From the IMG/VR virus record IMGVR_UViG_3300020120_000133, positions 1 to 64,000 of that record: 64,000 nt of DNA; one strand, written 5' to 3'. Source of the DNA: a virus. The stretch's first letter is position 1. Each line of letters opens with the position of its first letter. The position numbers and the translations under genes were made by a program. Under the pieces are notes generated by a model. That model was given only the letters and a program-made list of their open reading frames with translations. It was not told the DNA's origin and searched no databases. Of this stretch, positions 44,345 through 51,751 are shown piece after piece.

Positions 44345-44809
44345 TTAGGCGATCACAGTTTTCTTTCGGCGATGCTGACGTCCGAAGCGGATGATCTCCG
44401 ATTCGAATCGCGCGACCTTGACCCCGTAAAGTGGTGCCAGCATCGCCGCCTCATCCAATCGCGGGCACTTCTTTCCGGCCTCGTAGTTCTTGACCGTGGA
44501 TTCGCTTTTCCCGATGCGTTTGGCCATTTTTCGGCAACTCAGGCCCAACGCCTTCCGCGATTTCCTGAAGAGGTTCGGTTTCGGACCACCAACCAACCCT
44601 GGAAGATTCCCATTCCGCTCGACTTCTGGCCGAATTATGCCTGCCCGGATCAGCTTCGCCGGATGGATGCGCCAGATCAGGCCGAGGCGAGACAAAAGCA
44701 CTTGCAGCATCTTCGTTTTGCATCGGCCCTCCGATTGCGCGAATCGGCCGAGACAATCATCGAGTTCTTGGCTGAGGTTCACGCCGAATCTGACGGGTTT
44801 CGTGTTCAC
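44345..44809 (-). CDS. RHH (CopG-like) plus XRE-HTH fusion regulator
   Basis: N-terminal VRFGVNLSQELDDCLGRFA..., C-terminal LGLSCRKMAKRIGKSESTVKNYEAG. Confidence 0.6.
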   Translation of the reverse strand: MNTKPVRFGVNLSQELDDCLGRFAQSEGRCKTKMLQVLLSRLGLIWRIHPAKLIRAGIIRPEVERNGNLPGLVGGPKPNLFRKSRKALGLSCRKMAKRIGKSESTVKNYEAGKKCPRLDEAAMLAPLYGVKVARFESEIIRFGRQHRRKKTVIA

Positions 44810-45096
44810 GCCGCTTTCGCCCTAGCCTTCCTCGCGGACTCCAGTATCGCTCGCTCAATCGCCTCAAAGCTGCATTCGTAGGCCGATGCCATCGAGTCAA
44901 CGGCGTCGAGCGGCGGTATCGATCTGCCGGACTCTCGGTTTTGAAGCGCCGTCTCCGTGATGCCGAGACGATCCGCCATTTGTCTTTGGGTCATCCCGAG
45001 TTCTGCGCGACGAGACTTCCAGAAGTTCTCGGTTCCCCTTGGCCTTCTGGTTTTACCAATCCGAGTTCGATTGCTCTCTCTGGATTTTCTCGCCAT
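44806..45096 (-). CDS. XRE-family HTH protein (HTH half of a split RHH-XRE paralogue)
   Basis: LGMTQRQMADRLGITETALQNRESG. Overlaps 44991..45230 in another frame. Confidence 0.55.
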   Translation of the reverse strand: MARKSRESNRTRIGKTRRPRGTENFWKSRRAELGMTQRQMADRLGITETALQNRESGRSIPPLDAVDSMASAYECSFEAIERAILESARKARAKAA

Positions 45097-45230
45097 ATTC
45101 GCACCACACGGGCCATGACAGTCTCAATCAGATTTGTCTTCGATCGCCGCTCGATGGCACCAAGTTCACGAGTCGCTTTATTGACCTCGTAAGAAAAAGA
45201 AACTCCGAAGCGCCTTCGGTCACTTGCCAT
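44991..45230 (-). CDS. RHH-like protein (RHH half of a split RHH-XRE paralogue)
   Basis: RRFGVSFSYEVNKATRELG...RVVRIWRENPERAIELGLVKPE parallels residues 6-75 of the 44345..44809 product. Confidence 0.5.
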   Translation of the reverse strand: MASDRRRFGVSFSYEVNKATRELGAIERRSKTNLIETVMARVVRIWRENPERAIELGLVKPEGQGEPRTSGSLVAQNSG

Positions 45231-45354
45231 CTTTAAGTGACTTTATCGCCAACTAGGCACCACTTAAAGGGGAAAATCCCAAGTTGGACTTGTCTATGTC
45301 ATGGTCGGTGCTGTAAGTCTTAGGGTGGCAAGTAACTTAACGCGGGAAGAAAAA
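45231..45354. promoter_or_regulatory. Divergent promoter/operator region (genetic-switch candidate)
   Basis: AT-richer 124 bp between divergent regulator genes. Palindromes AAGTGACTT (45235-45243), CAAGTTGGACTTG (45280-45292) and AAGTAACTT (45330-45338). A 9-bp inverted repeat CTTTAAGTG/CACTTAAAG at 45231-45239 and 45261-45269. Confidence 0.5.
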
Positions 45355-45813
45355 ATGAATAAAGGTGTCGAAATCGATGTGAACAAGCTGGCGCGAATCC
45401 TAGACGACCGGCTGATGACGCATCAGGCGCTGGCTGTCGGCATCCATTCGAATCGGGAGACGGTGAGCCGGATTCTTGGCGGCAGCAGGCCCTCCCGCGC
45501 CGTCCTGTCCAGGATCATCGCGTTCCTCGGCATCAAGAAAGAAGCCCTTCTCAGCACCGATGTCGTGGACATCTCGATCCCGCGCGAGACCTACGACGGC
45601 TTGGTGCATCTGATGAAGTCTGATGAGACCCCGGCGAAGACGGTTCAGGAATATCTTCGGCAGCACGTCGCCAAAGAGGCGATCCGCGTCAGACACGCCG
45701 AAACCGGGAGTTCCGGGAAATCATCGGCATCTCGTACTCGCGCGCCTGATCCAAGGCGCGATGGTAGGTCGCCATCGTCGCGGCGACAGAAACCAAGATC
45801 ATTCCGGCCTTGA
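45355..45813 (+). CDS. XRE-family HTH regulator (Cro-like position)
   Basis: ATG 45355 behind GGGAAG. LMTHQALAVGIHSNRETVSRIL. The last ~40 codons are low-complexity, so the real functional C-terminus is unclear. Confidence 0.55.
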   Translation: MNKGVEIDVNKLARILDDRLMTHQALAVGIHSNRETVSRILGGSRPSRAVLSRIIAFLGIKKEALLSTDVVDISIPRETYDGLVHLMKSDETPAKTVQEYLRQHVAKEAIRVRHAETGSSGKSSASRTRAPDPRRDGRSPSSRRQKPRSFRP

Positions 45814-45967
45814 GGTCGATATCACAGCCGACGTCGAGAATCGCGAGCGGCACCATGAAGACGATCCACTTGCGCAGCCCAACGACGATGTCCCAACGTT
45901 CCAGGAATTCTTTCGGTGCCGTCATTCCGACCCCTTCCAACGTGACCGAACGGGAGGCTAACGCCAT
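45689..45967 (-). CDS. Possible small two-TM protein
   Basis: WIVFMVPLAILDVG and GMILVSVAATMATY are hydrophobic segments. It conflicts with the tails of both plus-strand neighbours. Confidence 0.25.
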   Translation of the reverse strand: MALASRSVTLEGVGMTAPKEFLERWDIVVGLRKWIVFMVPLAILDVGCDIDLKAGMILVSVAATMATYHRALDQAREYEMPMISRNSRFRRV

Positions 45968-47690
45968 CCGCGCGAGAGTTCAAGAGAATTGCCATTTGCC
46001 CGAGCCGATTGGATTGCGTCCCCAATTCGGAGCGGCGGAATCTAAGGGAAAGACTGACCCGGTCGCAAGCACAAAATTAAGAAAATGGGGAAGGCGGGAA
46101 ATTCAGGTCGTCGCGGTCGCGCTGATCTCGCTCGTCGTGATCTTGCCACGATCCATTTCGATCGTTCGATCCCACTCGCCCTGTACCGACGATTTCTACC
46201 ATATCGAGCGTGGCGCGCTGTTCTGGTCACGACATCTGGGGTCAACGGATCTGAACGATCCACCGCTCGGCGAGGCCATCGGGGCGATCCCGGTTTCGGC
46301 ATCGGACTGGCTGTTGCTGCTGCCGCGATTCCGCAAGTTTGTGCTGTCGCGAGATCAGGCCCAACTCATCGTCGCGATCTGGAAATCGATCATCTTCGCC
46401 CCCTTGGTCGCGATCGTCTTTTGCTGGCTTCGCGGGTTGTACGGCGTCGGTGCCGGATGGTTCTGTGCCGCGCTGATCGTCTTCGATCCCAACGTCACGG
46501 CGCATCTTCATCTCGGCGCCATCGACATGCTCGGGGCCGAGGTCGCCGTTGTGGCGCTCTACGCGGTGTCGCGATGTCTGGACCGGCCGACGACGATCCG
46601 GCTGCTGCTGGCTTCCACTGCCATCGCGGCTGCGGTTCTGACGAAGCACACGAACATCTTGGTGCCGGTCGTCGCGGTCGGGTATGGGGCGATGCGTCGC
46701 GTTCCCTTCGCGGTCATCGTGAAGTTGCTGGCGCCGATCCCGGTGCTGATGTGGGCGCTGCTATTGTTCGACGTCTCGGTCCCGACGGTGCCGCGAGATT
46801 GGCGCGAAGCTGGCTGGGCGGCGCCGACACTGTTGCGGCATCGCGTCCCCTGCGGCCTCTACATCGGTTCGTTGTGGCAGGCGCGCTCCCATGTCGCCAG
46901 CGGGCATCCCGGTTTCCTCAACGGCGAGATCCGCGACAACGGCTGGTGGTTCTACTACTTCGCGGTCGCGGCGTACAAAGTGCCGGTCGCGACGCTGCTG
47001 TTGATCGGGGTCGCGGCGCCTTCGTTCCTGTGGAAGCCGATGGGGCGCGCCGAGTTAGAGTTGATCCTGCCGGCGATCGTGTTCGCGGCCGCGCTGTCGA
47101 TGTCACCGATCAACATCGGGTTCCGGCATTTTCTGCCGGCGTATCTGTTCGTCCTGATGCTGTCGGCGCGGATCATTGCGATCATTGGAATCCCCGGCGC
47201 CGTGAAGGCGATGGCCTGGATCGGTCTCGCCGCCGGCGCGGTCCATGCCGCCAGTTTCCATCCCGACTATCTCGGCTACATCAACTGGCCGCGCGACAAG
47301 GTTTGGTTGCGCATCGGCGACAGCAATCTGGACTGGGGACAGTCGCTCAAAGAGGTCAAGGCTTGGCTGGAAGCGCATCCGCAGAACCGGCCCGTCTCCG
47401 TCGGCGCGTTCTACGGCGGCGAACCGACGCAGCGGGAGGTCCGCAGATATATCGGCAAATCGGTCGATGCCCGGCTGATCTGGGATCCGCCGCCCCAGCG
47501 CGGCTTGCTGATCGCGTCGCCGACGTGGGTTGCGGGAATCTACGGGTTCGGAGATCGCTATGCCGAGTTCAGGTCGCGCGATCCCGACGCCGTGATCGGT
47601 CGCTGCATGTTGGTCTACGATTTGGATCGGATCAGAGAAGAATCGAGTCCAGCCCACACGCAATCGTCATCCCCGATTTCCCAACCCTGA
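45888..47690 (+). CDS. GT-C fold glycosyltransferase (GT39/ArnT/PMT-like), polytopic membrane protein
   Basis: More than 10 hydrophobic segments. First-loop DDFYH...LNDPPLGEAIGAIPV resembles the ArnT/PMT family. The start is uncertain (ATG 45888 or TTG 46014). The track start at 45810 is a TTG. Confidence 0.65.
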   Translation: MSQRSRNSFGAVIPTPSNVTEREANAIRARVQENCHLPEPIGLRPQFGAAESKGKTDPVASTKLRKWGRREIQVVAVALISLVVILPRSISIVRSHSPCTDDFYHIERGALFWSRHLGSTDLNDPPLGEAIGAIPVSASDWLLLLPRFRKFVLSRDQAQLIVAIWKSIIFAPLVAIVFCWLRGLYGVGAGWFCAALIVFDPNVTAHLHLGAIDMLGAEVAVVALYAVSRCLDRPTTIRLLLASTAIAAAVLTKHTNILVPVVAVGYGAMRRVPFAVIVKLLAPIPVLMWALLLFDVSVPTVPRDWREAGWAAPTLLRHRVPCGLYIGSLWQARSHVASGHPGFLNGEIRDNGWWFYYFAVAAYKVPVATLLLIGVAAPSFLWKPMGRAELELILPAIVFAAALSMSPINIGFRHFLPAYLFVLMLSARIIAIIGIPGAVKAMAWIGLAAGAVHAASFHPDYLGYINWPRDKVWLRIGDSNLDWGQSLKEVKAWLEAHPQNRPVSVGAFYGGEPTQREVRRYIGKSVDARLIWDPPPQRGLLIASPTWVAGIYGFGDRYAEFRSRDPDAVIGRCMLVYDLDRIREESSPAHTQSSSPISQP

Positions 47691-47895
47691 TGGTCACTTC
47701 CCGGTCGTGCCACGCCGAGGGGAAACGGTCGCTGCGCAGCCGCCATATTTCTCGTTCGACCGATGGGATTTTGCTTCTGGAAGCCAGAAAGATATCGGCG
47801 GTGTATTCAAGCTCGTGAAGCAGCGCCCCGACCGCCTGTTTCGAGACCGTCGCCCGAACCGTCGCGCCCGTTTTTACGGCACCCATCAACCGCAT
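47632..47895 (-). CDS. Candidate 87-aa ORF overlapping the 3' ends of the BCS1-like and GT39-like genes
   Basis: Starts at the ATG of GCGTCTGATG, the same stop/start box used at 21497 and 53429. By hand count its third-position GC is higher than that of either overlapping frame. The overlapping tails of the BCS1-like and GT39-like ORFs look like junk. Confidence 0.3.
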   Translation of the reverse strand: MRLMGAVKTGATVRATVSKQAVGALLHELEYTADIFLASRSKIPSVEREIWRLRSDRFPSAWHDREVTIRVGKSGMTIACGLDSILL

Positions 47896-49042
47896 CAGAC
47901 GCTTCGCGCATCGACAGCAGCCGTTCTTGGATCGCCGCCATGCTGCGCCCGGCCATTTCCTTCGCGAATCCAGCGGCGTCGCCGTTGACCCCCGCGCCCA
48001 TGAATCTTCGGTACATCGCGGCTGCTTGTTCCTCTGTGGCATCGTCGATCAGCAGGTGGACGTCGGCGCGTCCCGGTCGGACCAGTGCGCCGTCCAGCTT
48101 GTCGCGATGGTTCGTCGTCATCATGAGGATTTGGCCCTCCTTAGCGACGACGCCGTCGATGGCGTTGAGTAAGCCGCTGAAGGTGAGGTCGTGATTGCTG
48201 TCGCGCCCCTTCCATGCGGCATCGACATCTTCGATGAGAAGGACGCTGTTCGATGGAGTCCGAATCAGGCATTCGATGAGATCGTTGTCGCTCTTGAAAC
48301 TCGACAGGCTCAGGACGCACAGATTCCTTCCCAACTCACTCGCCATCGCGTGCGCCAGCGAACTCTTGCCGTTTCCCGGCGGTCCATGAAGCAGGTAGCC
48401 GCGACGCCACGGGATGCCACGGTCGAAGTACCATGCCTTCGATCCGATAAACCGAACGGCGTCCGCGATCAGCGCCTCGGCCTTCCCGCCGGGCAGCACA
48501 ACCGAGGCGACGCGGCGGATCGGCTTACGATCAGCCAACTGCCAGTTCGGCCCCGACGGCACCCACACTTCCACGACCGAACCATTCTTGAACTTCGCGA
48601 ATCGATAGGCTTCTTCAAGCAGTTCCTCGAATATTTTCTTGTCGCGCCCGAGGCATTGCAGCGTGATCAATTCACGGTAGCCGTTCTGCATCTGCAGTTC
48701 TTTTCTCTCGACCCAAACGACGATGCGGCGGCCCCGGAAGCGCAGCCAGCAGAAACTGATCGGGAACAGTGAGAAGTCCGGTTTCACCGGGCCAGTTCCG
48801 GGACCATCAGGAAAGACCGCGTTGATCCCCATCCATCGGGATTTCGAATTCGCGGCCAGCCATTGCTTCACCCACGCGAACGCGCAGTCGCTGTTGTCGA
48901 TTTCCGCCGTCAACAGCAGCCGATTCTTGATCCAGCGGAGGATCGCTTTCGGCGCATCTCGACACGCGGCGGCGCACCAACCAGCGGCGACGACCGCGAG
49001 GCCACCGGAGAAGAAGGGGTTGTGGAGAAGTTCCGAGATCAT
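47807..49042 (-). CDS. BCS1-like AAA+ ATPase with an N-terminal membrane anchor
   Basis: GYLLHGPPGNGKSS (Walker A), VLLIEDVD (Walker B), MTTNHRDKLDGALVRPGRADV. Hydrophobic N-terminus. ATGA overlap with the PDF stop. Confidence 0.8.
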   Translation of the reverse strand: MISELLHNPFFSGGLAVVAAGWCAAACRDAPKAILRWIKNRLLLTAEIDNSDCAFAWVKQWLAANSKSRWMGINAVFPDGPGTGPVKPDFSLFPISFCWLRFRGRRIVVWVERKELQMQNGYRELITLQCLGRDKKIFEELLEEAYRFAKFKNGSVVEVWVPSGPNWQLADRKPIRRVASVVLPGGKAEALIADAVRFIGSKAWYFDRGIPWRRGYLLHGPPGNGKSSLAHAMASELGRNLCVLSLSSFKSDNDLIECLIRTPSNSVLLIEDVDAAWKGRDSNHDLTFSGLLNAIDGVVAKEGQILMMTTNHRDKLDGALVRPGRADVHLLIDDATEEQAAAMYRRFMGAGVNGDAAGFAKEMAGRSMAAIQERLLSMREASDAVDGCRKNGRDGSGDGLETGGRGAASRA

Positions 49043-49635
49043 TTGATGCCGACGGCGCGTTGCAGTTCCCAAGCCTCGCCGACGCGACAAATTCCGGAAA
49101 GATGGTCGATCTCATGCTGGACCACTCGCGCGGACCAAGCGACGAAGGTGAGTTGCGTCAGCATCCAATCGAGGCCGCGATATTGCACCGTGATCCGATT
49201 GAACCGCTCGACGTTGGCGCGGACGCCGGGGAACGACAAGCAGCCCTCGACGGAAACGTTGGTCTCGGCGCTGTGATCGATGATCTCGGGGTTGAGCATG
49301 AATAAGCCGTTCGTCCGGTTCGGTGCCACGAAGACGGCGCGGCGCAGCCAATCGATTTGATTCCCCGACAGCCCGACGCCGCCAGCCGAATACTCACAAG
49401 CCGTCCGCAGCAGCCGCAGCTTGGCGACATCCCTTAAATCTTCTTCGGTGAACTCCGCAGCCACGGCTTTCAGGGACGGATGCCCGAACTTCACGATCTT
49501 CGTTGTCGCGGCACCGCAGCATCCTTTGGCTTTGGTGCCGCTGCCGCAGGGACACGGCGAATTTCTGTCATACCCGCGAAATAACTGCACCGGACGATCT
49601 AACGGCAGGATTGCAGATTTTTGATCGGTGTTCAT
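49039..49635 (-). CDS. def: Peptide deformylase with an N-terminal SEC-C metal-binding motif
   Basis: GVGLSGNQI, EGCLSFPG and QHEIDHL are the three PDF motifs. CPCGSGTKAKGCCG is a SEC-C motif. The ATG overlaps the T-frame stop (TGATG), with AGAGGA upstream. Confidence 0.8.
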   Translation of the reverse strand: MNTDQKSAILPLDRPVQLFRGYDRNSPCPCGSGTKAKGCCGAATTKIVKFGHPSLKAVAAEFTEEDLRDVAKLRLLRTACEYSAGGVGLSGNQIDWLRRAVFVAPNRTNGLFMLNPEIIDHSAETNVSVEGCLSFPGVRANVERFNRITVQYRGLDWMLTQLTFVAWSARVVQHEIDHLSGICRVGEAWELQRAVGIK

Positions 49636-50569
49636 CACATCCTCTTGGACTCCCGCTTCGCCTTCTCGATCGCGGCGGCGCGGCGCTTATCCTCGATCGC
49701 CGCGCGCTTCTGCGTCGCGACCCGATCGAGTAACCACATCAACTCCAACGTCTCCCAGCGCTGCAGTTCCGACATCACGTTCAGCCGGCAATGCTGATCC
49801 AGAATCGCGACGGCCTGTTCCATCTGAAGCGTCCCGAAAAGGCTCGCCGATTCTCCGCTTCTGAGGTCCGACGCCGCCAGCCGGTACAGTTTGACCGCCG
49901 TGAAGTTCGCCGGGTGCAGGCCGAACGTCGCGGGATACAGCAGATATTTCGGACATCGTCGGCATGGCGGATCGCGCCTCGGAACGATCGCTTTGTGCGC
50001 GGTGATGCAGCTTTTGCAGTTCCCGGTGACGCTCTCGGACGTGTTGAAGACCGGGTTCAGGCCGAACTCGTAGCCGGCCCAGTCGATGAGTTTTTTACGC
50101 GGGTCTCCCAATCGGCGGCTTGGAAGCGGCCGATGTCCTGACAGATCGTCCAAACGAAGTTGCTAAACGGCTTGCAGTGATCGAGGACGAAAAGGATGTT
50201 CTCTCTCGCCTCGCTCGACTTCCCGGAAACCGACGGGTCCATCGGAACCTCGGCGTCCATGCCGCCGCATTTCGCGACTTCGTCGGCATCCAGCGGCACC
50301 ATTGATCGCAGTTTCGCGAACGTCACCTTCTCACAACGAATCACGGCTTGCAGGCAAACTTCCTGCACGACGGCGAGTTGGAACGCGGCCGGGGACTCTT
50401 CGCCCTCGCGACGCCCGCGCAATTTGATGAGGTCCTGGACCTCGCGCATCGCGTCGGGTCCGAGAAACTGCAGCCAGACCTTAAACCCAGTGGTGTCGTC
50501 GGCGTTCTCTGGATACCAGAACAGTCGCGTCAGGGCGCCGGCTTTCGGCTTCATGTTGCTGAGGTTCAT
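49635..50569 (-). CDS. Tail assembly chaperone GT fusion made by a -1 programmed frameshift
   Basis: The T frame (49635..50153) has no plausible own start and overlaps the end of G by 97 nt. The slippery A_AAA_AAC is in the correct phase. Located directly downstream of the tail tube gene. Confidence 0.65.
50057..50569 (-). CDS. Tail assembly chaperone G (170 aa)
   Basis: AAAGGAA SD. Position after the tail tube gene. C-terminal ...DWETRVKNSS contains the slip site. Confidence 0.65.
   Translation of the reverse strand: MNLSNMKPKAGALTRLFWYPENADDTTGFKVWLQFLGPDAMREVQDLIKLRGRREGEESPAAFQLAVVQEVCLQAVIRCEKVTFAKLRSMVPLDADEVAKCGGMDAEVPMDPSVSGKSSEARENILFVLDHCKPFSNFVWTICQDIGRFQAADWETRVKNSSTGPATSSA
50090..50096 (-). 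promoter_or_regulatory. Slippery heptamer A_AAA_AAC (-1 ribosomal frameshift site)
   Basis: G frame reads GTA AAA AAC. The -1 frame continues AAA AAA CTC ATC GAC, giving KKLID..., which is exactly the T-frame ORF. Confidence 0.65.
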
Positions 50570-50618
50570 AGTGACGTTCCTTTACCACAAAGCCCCCCAT
50601 CTCGTTTCGCCTCAGGCG

Positions 50619-50648
50619 CAAAAAACCGCCCGGCAACGCACCGGGCGG
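50619..50648 (-). terminator. Rho-independent terminator/attenuator after the tail tube gene
   Basis: Minus strand CCGCCCGG-tgcgttg-CCGGGCGG followed by TTTTTTG. Confidence 0.7.
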
Positions 50649-50676
50649 ACCAAAGGAGTGAAGGGGGACTGAAGGT

Positions 50677-51690
50677 TTAATCATCGATCGCGGCTTCGGA
50701 GGTCGTGATCTGGACCTCGATGTCCGGCGTGTTCCCATCCGTCGATGCCAAGCATTCGCCGCCCAGCGCGATATCGATGGGGCCGGGAGTCGAAATCTTG
50801 GGTGACGCATTGTTCGGCAGCAGGTTCACGCGATCGAGCAGGAACGCGAACGAATAGGCCCCGTGGGTCGCGATGATGTGGATCGAGGTATCGGTGCCGT
50901 TGATCGCCTTGTTGTAGAGGTAGAAGTCGCTGAACAGGAACGATCCGTTGAAGGTGACGTCGCGGGTGCCGGGCTTGAGGTTGACCCGCTTATTCGATCC
51001 CAGAACGAAGTTGTCGCCGTACATATTGTTCGCGATTCGCATCTGCAGCGACCGCGCGGTGCCGAGCTGGGTCGCCGAACCGGCCTCGTAGATCGCGATC
51101 TCGACGGAAGTGAAGGGATCGACCGATTCGTCGATGACCGTCGGACTGCCGCCGAAAATGCTGGTGCCGCTGGGGGACGTGAACTCGCGCCCCATCACGT
51201 CGAAACTGCCGGCCGTGATGCTGTCGATGTTGAAGTTTATGTCGCAACTGTTGACCCGGCAGCCGAGGATCGCGACGTACTGGACCGATGCCAGATCAGT
51301 GAACTTCTTCTCGACGCTGAAGCCGGTGGGCAGCGACGGGGACCCGACGATGGTGTGGACGTGGTTCGGGGCAGCGGAGCCGTTATCGACGCTGACGGAG
51401 CCGCCGAGCAGGTGCCAGAACAGTTGGGAGACGCCCTTGTGGGCCAGTTCGAAGGGGATGGAGCCGCCGGGCCGGACGGAACCGCGAACCGAGCCGGTGC
51501 TGCGGGCGCGGGAGGGAATCATCGCGTTGGAGCGGTACAGCGCGATGTTCTGATCGATGGTCTCGCCCGGCAGCAGGTTCAGTTGCCGGATCGTGGAGGC
51601 CGGTCGGGCGACGCCCCAATCGGTTTCTTTGCCCATCCTGATGCTGGATAGTGCGCCGGTGGCCTGCGTTTTCTCGAAGGTGCTGGGCAT
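50677..51690 (-). CDS. Major tail tube protein
   Basis: Start at ATG 51690 behind ACAGGAGATC. Beta-rich 337-aa protein. It is followed by a terminator and then G/GT. Its N-terminal pattern (G.ETDWG...LNLLPGETI...L.S..) resembles tail tube families. Confidence 0.65.
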   Translation of the reverse strand: MPSTFEKTQATGALSSIRMGKETDWGVARPASTIRQLNLLPGETIDQNIALYRSNAMIPSRARSTGSVRGSVRPGGSIPFELAHKGVSQLFWHLLGGSVSVDNGSAAPNHVHTIVGSPSLPTGFSVEKKFTDLASVQYVAILGCRVNSCDINFNIDSITAGSFDVMGREFTSPSGTSIFGGSPTVIDESVDPFTSVEIAIYEAGSATQLGTARSLQMRIANNMYGDNFVLGSNKRVNLKPGTRDVTFNGSFLFSDFYLYNKAINGTDTSIHIIATHGAYSFAFLLDRVNLLPNNASPKISTPGPIDIALGGECLASTDGNTPDIEVQITTSEAAIDD

Positions 51691-51751
51691 CTGCTGATCT
51701 CCTGTGGAGGTCACAGACGCCTTTGGCGGGTTGGCTGGCCGTGCGGGAGGC

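Noticed and set aside
46085-47818. 577-aa plus-strand ORF in an alternative frame of the glycosyltransferase gene
   Set aside because: It is Arg/Gly-rich junk. The other frame gives a coherent polytopic membrane protein.
29504-47900. Long att-type direct repeats bounding the inserted block or the 40.9-47.8 kb sub-block
   Set aside because: By eye I found only matches of 8 nt or fewer (CGTCTGAT, GCCCGTTT), too short to call att sites. This needs a computational repeat search.
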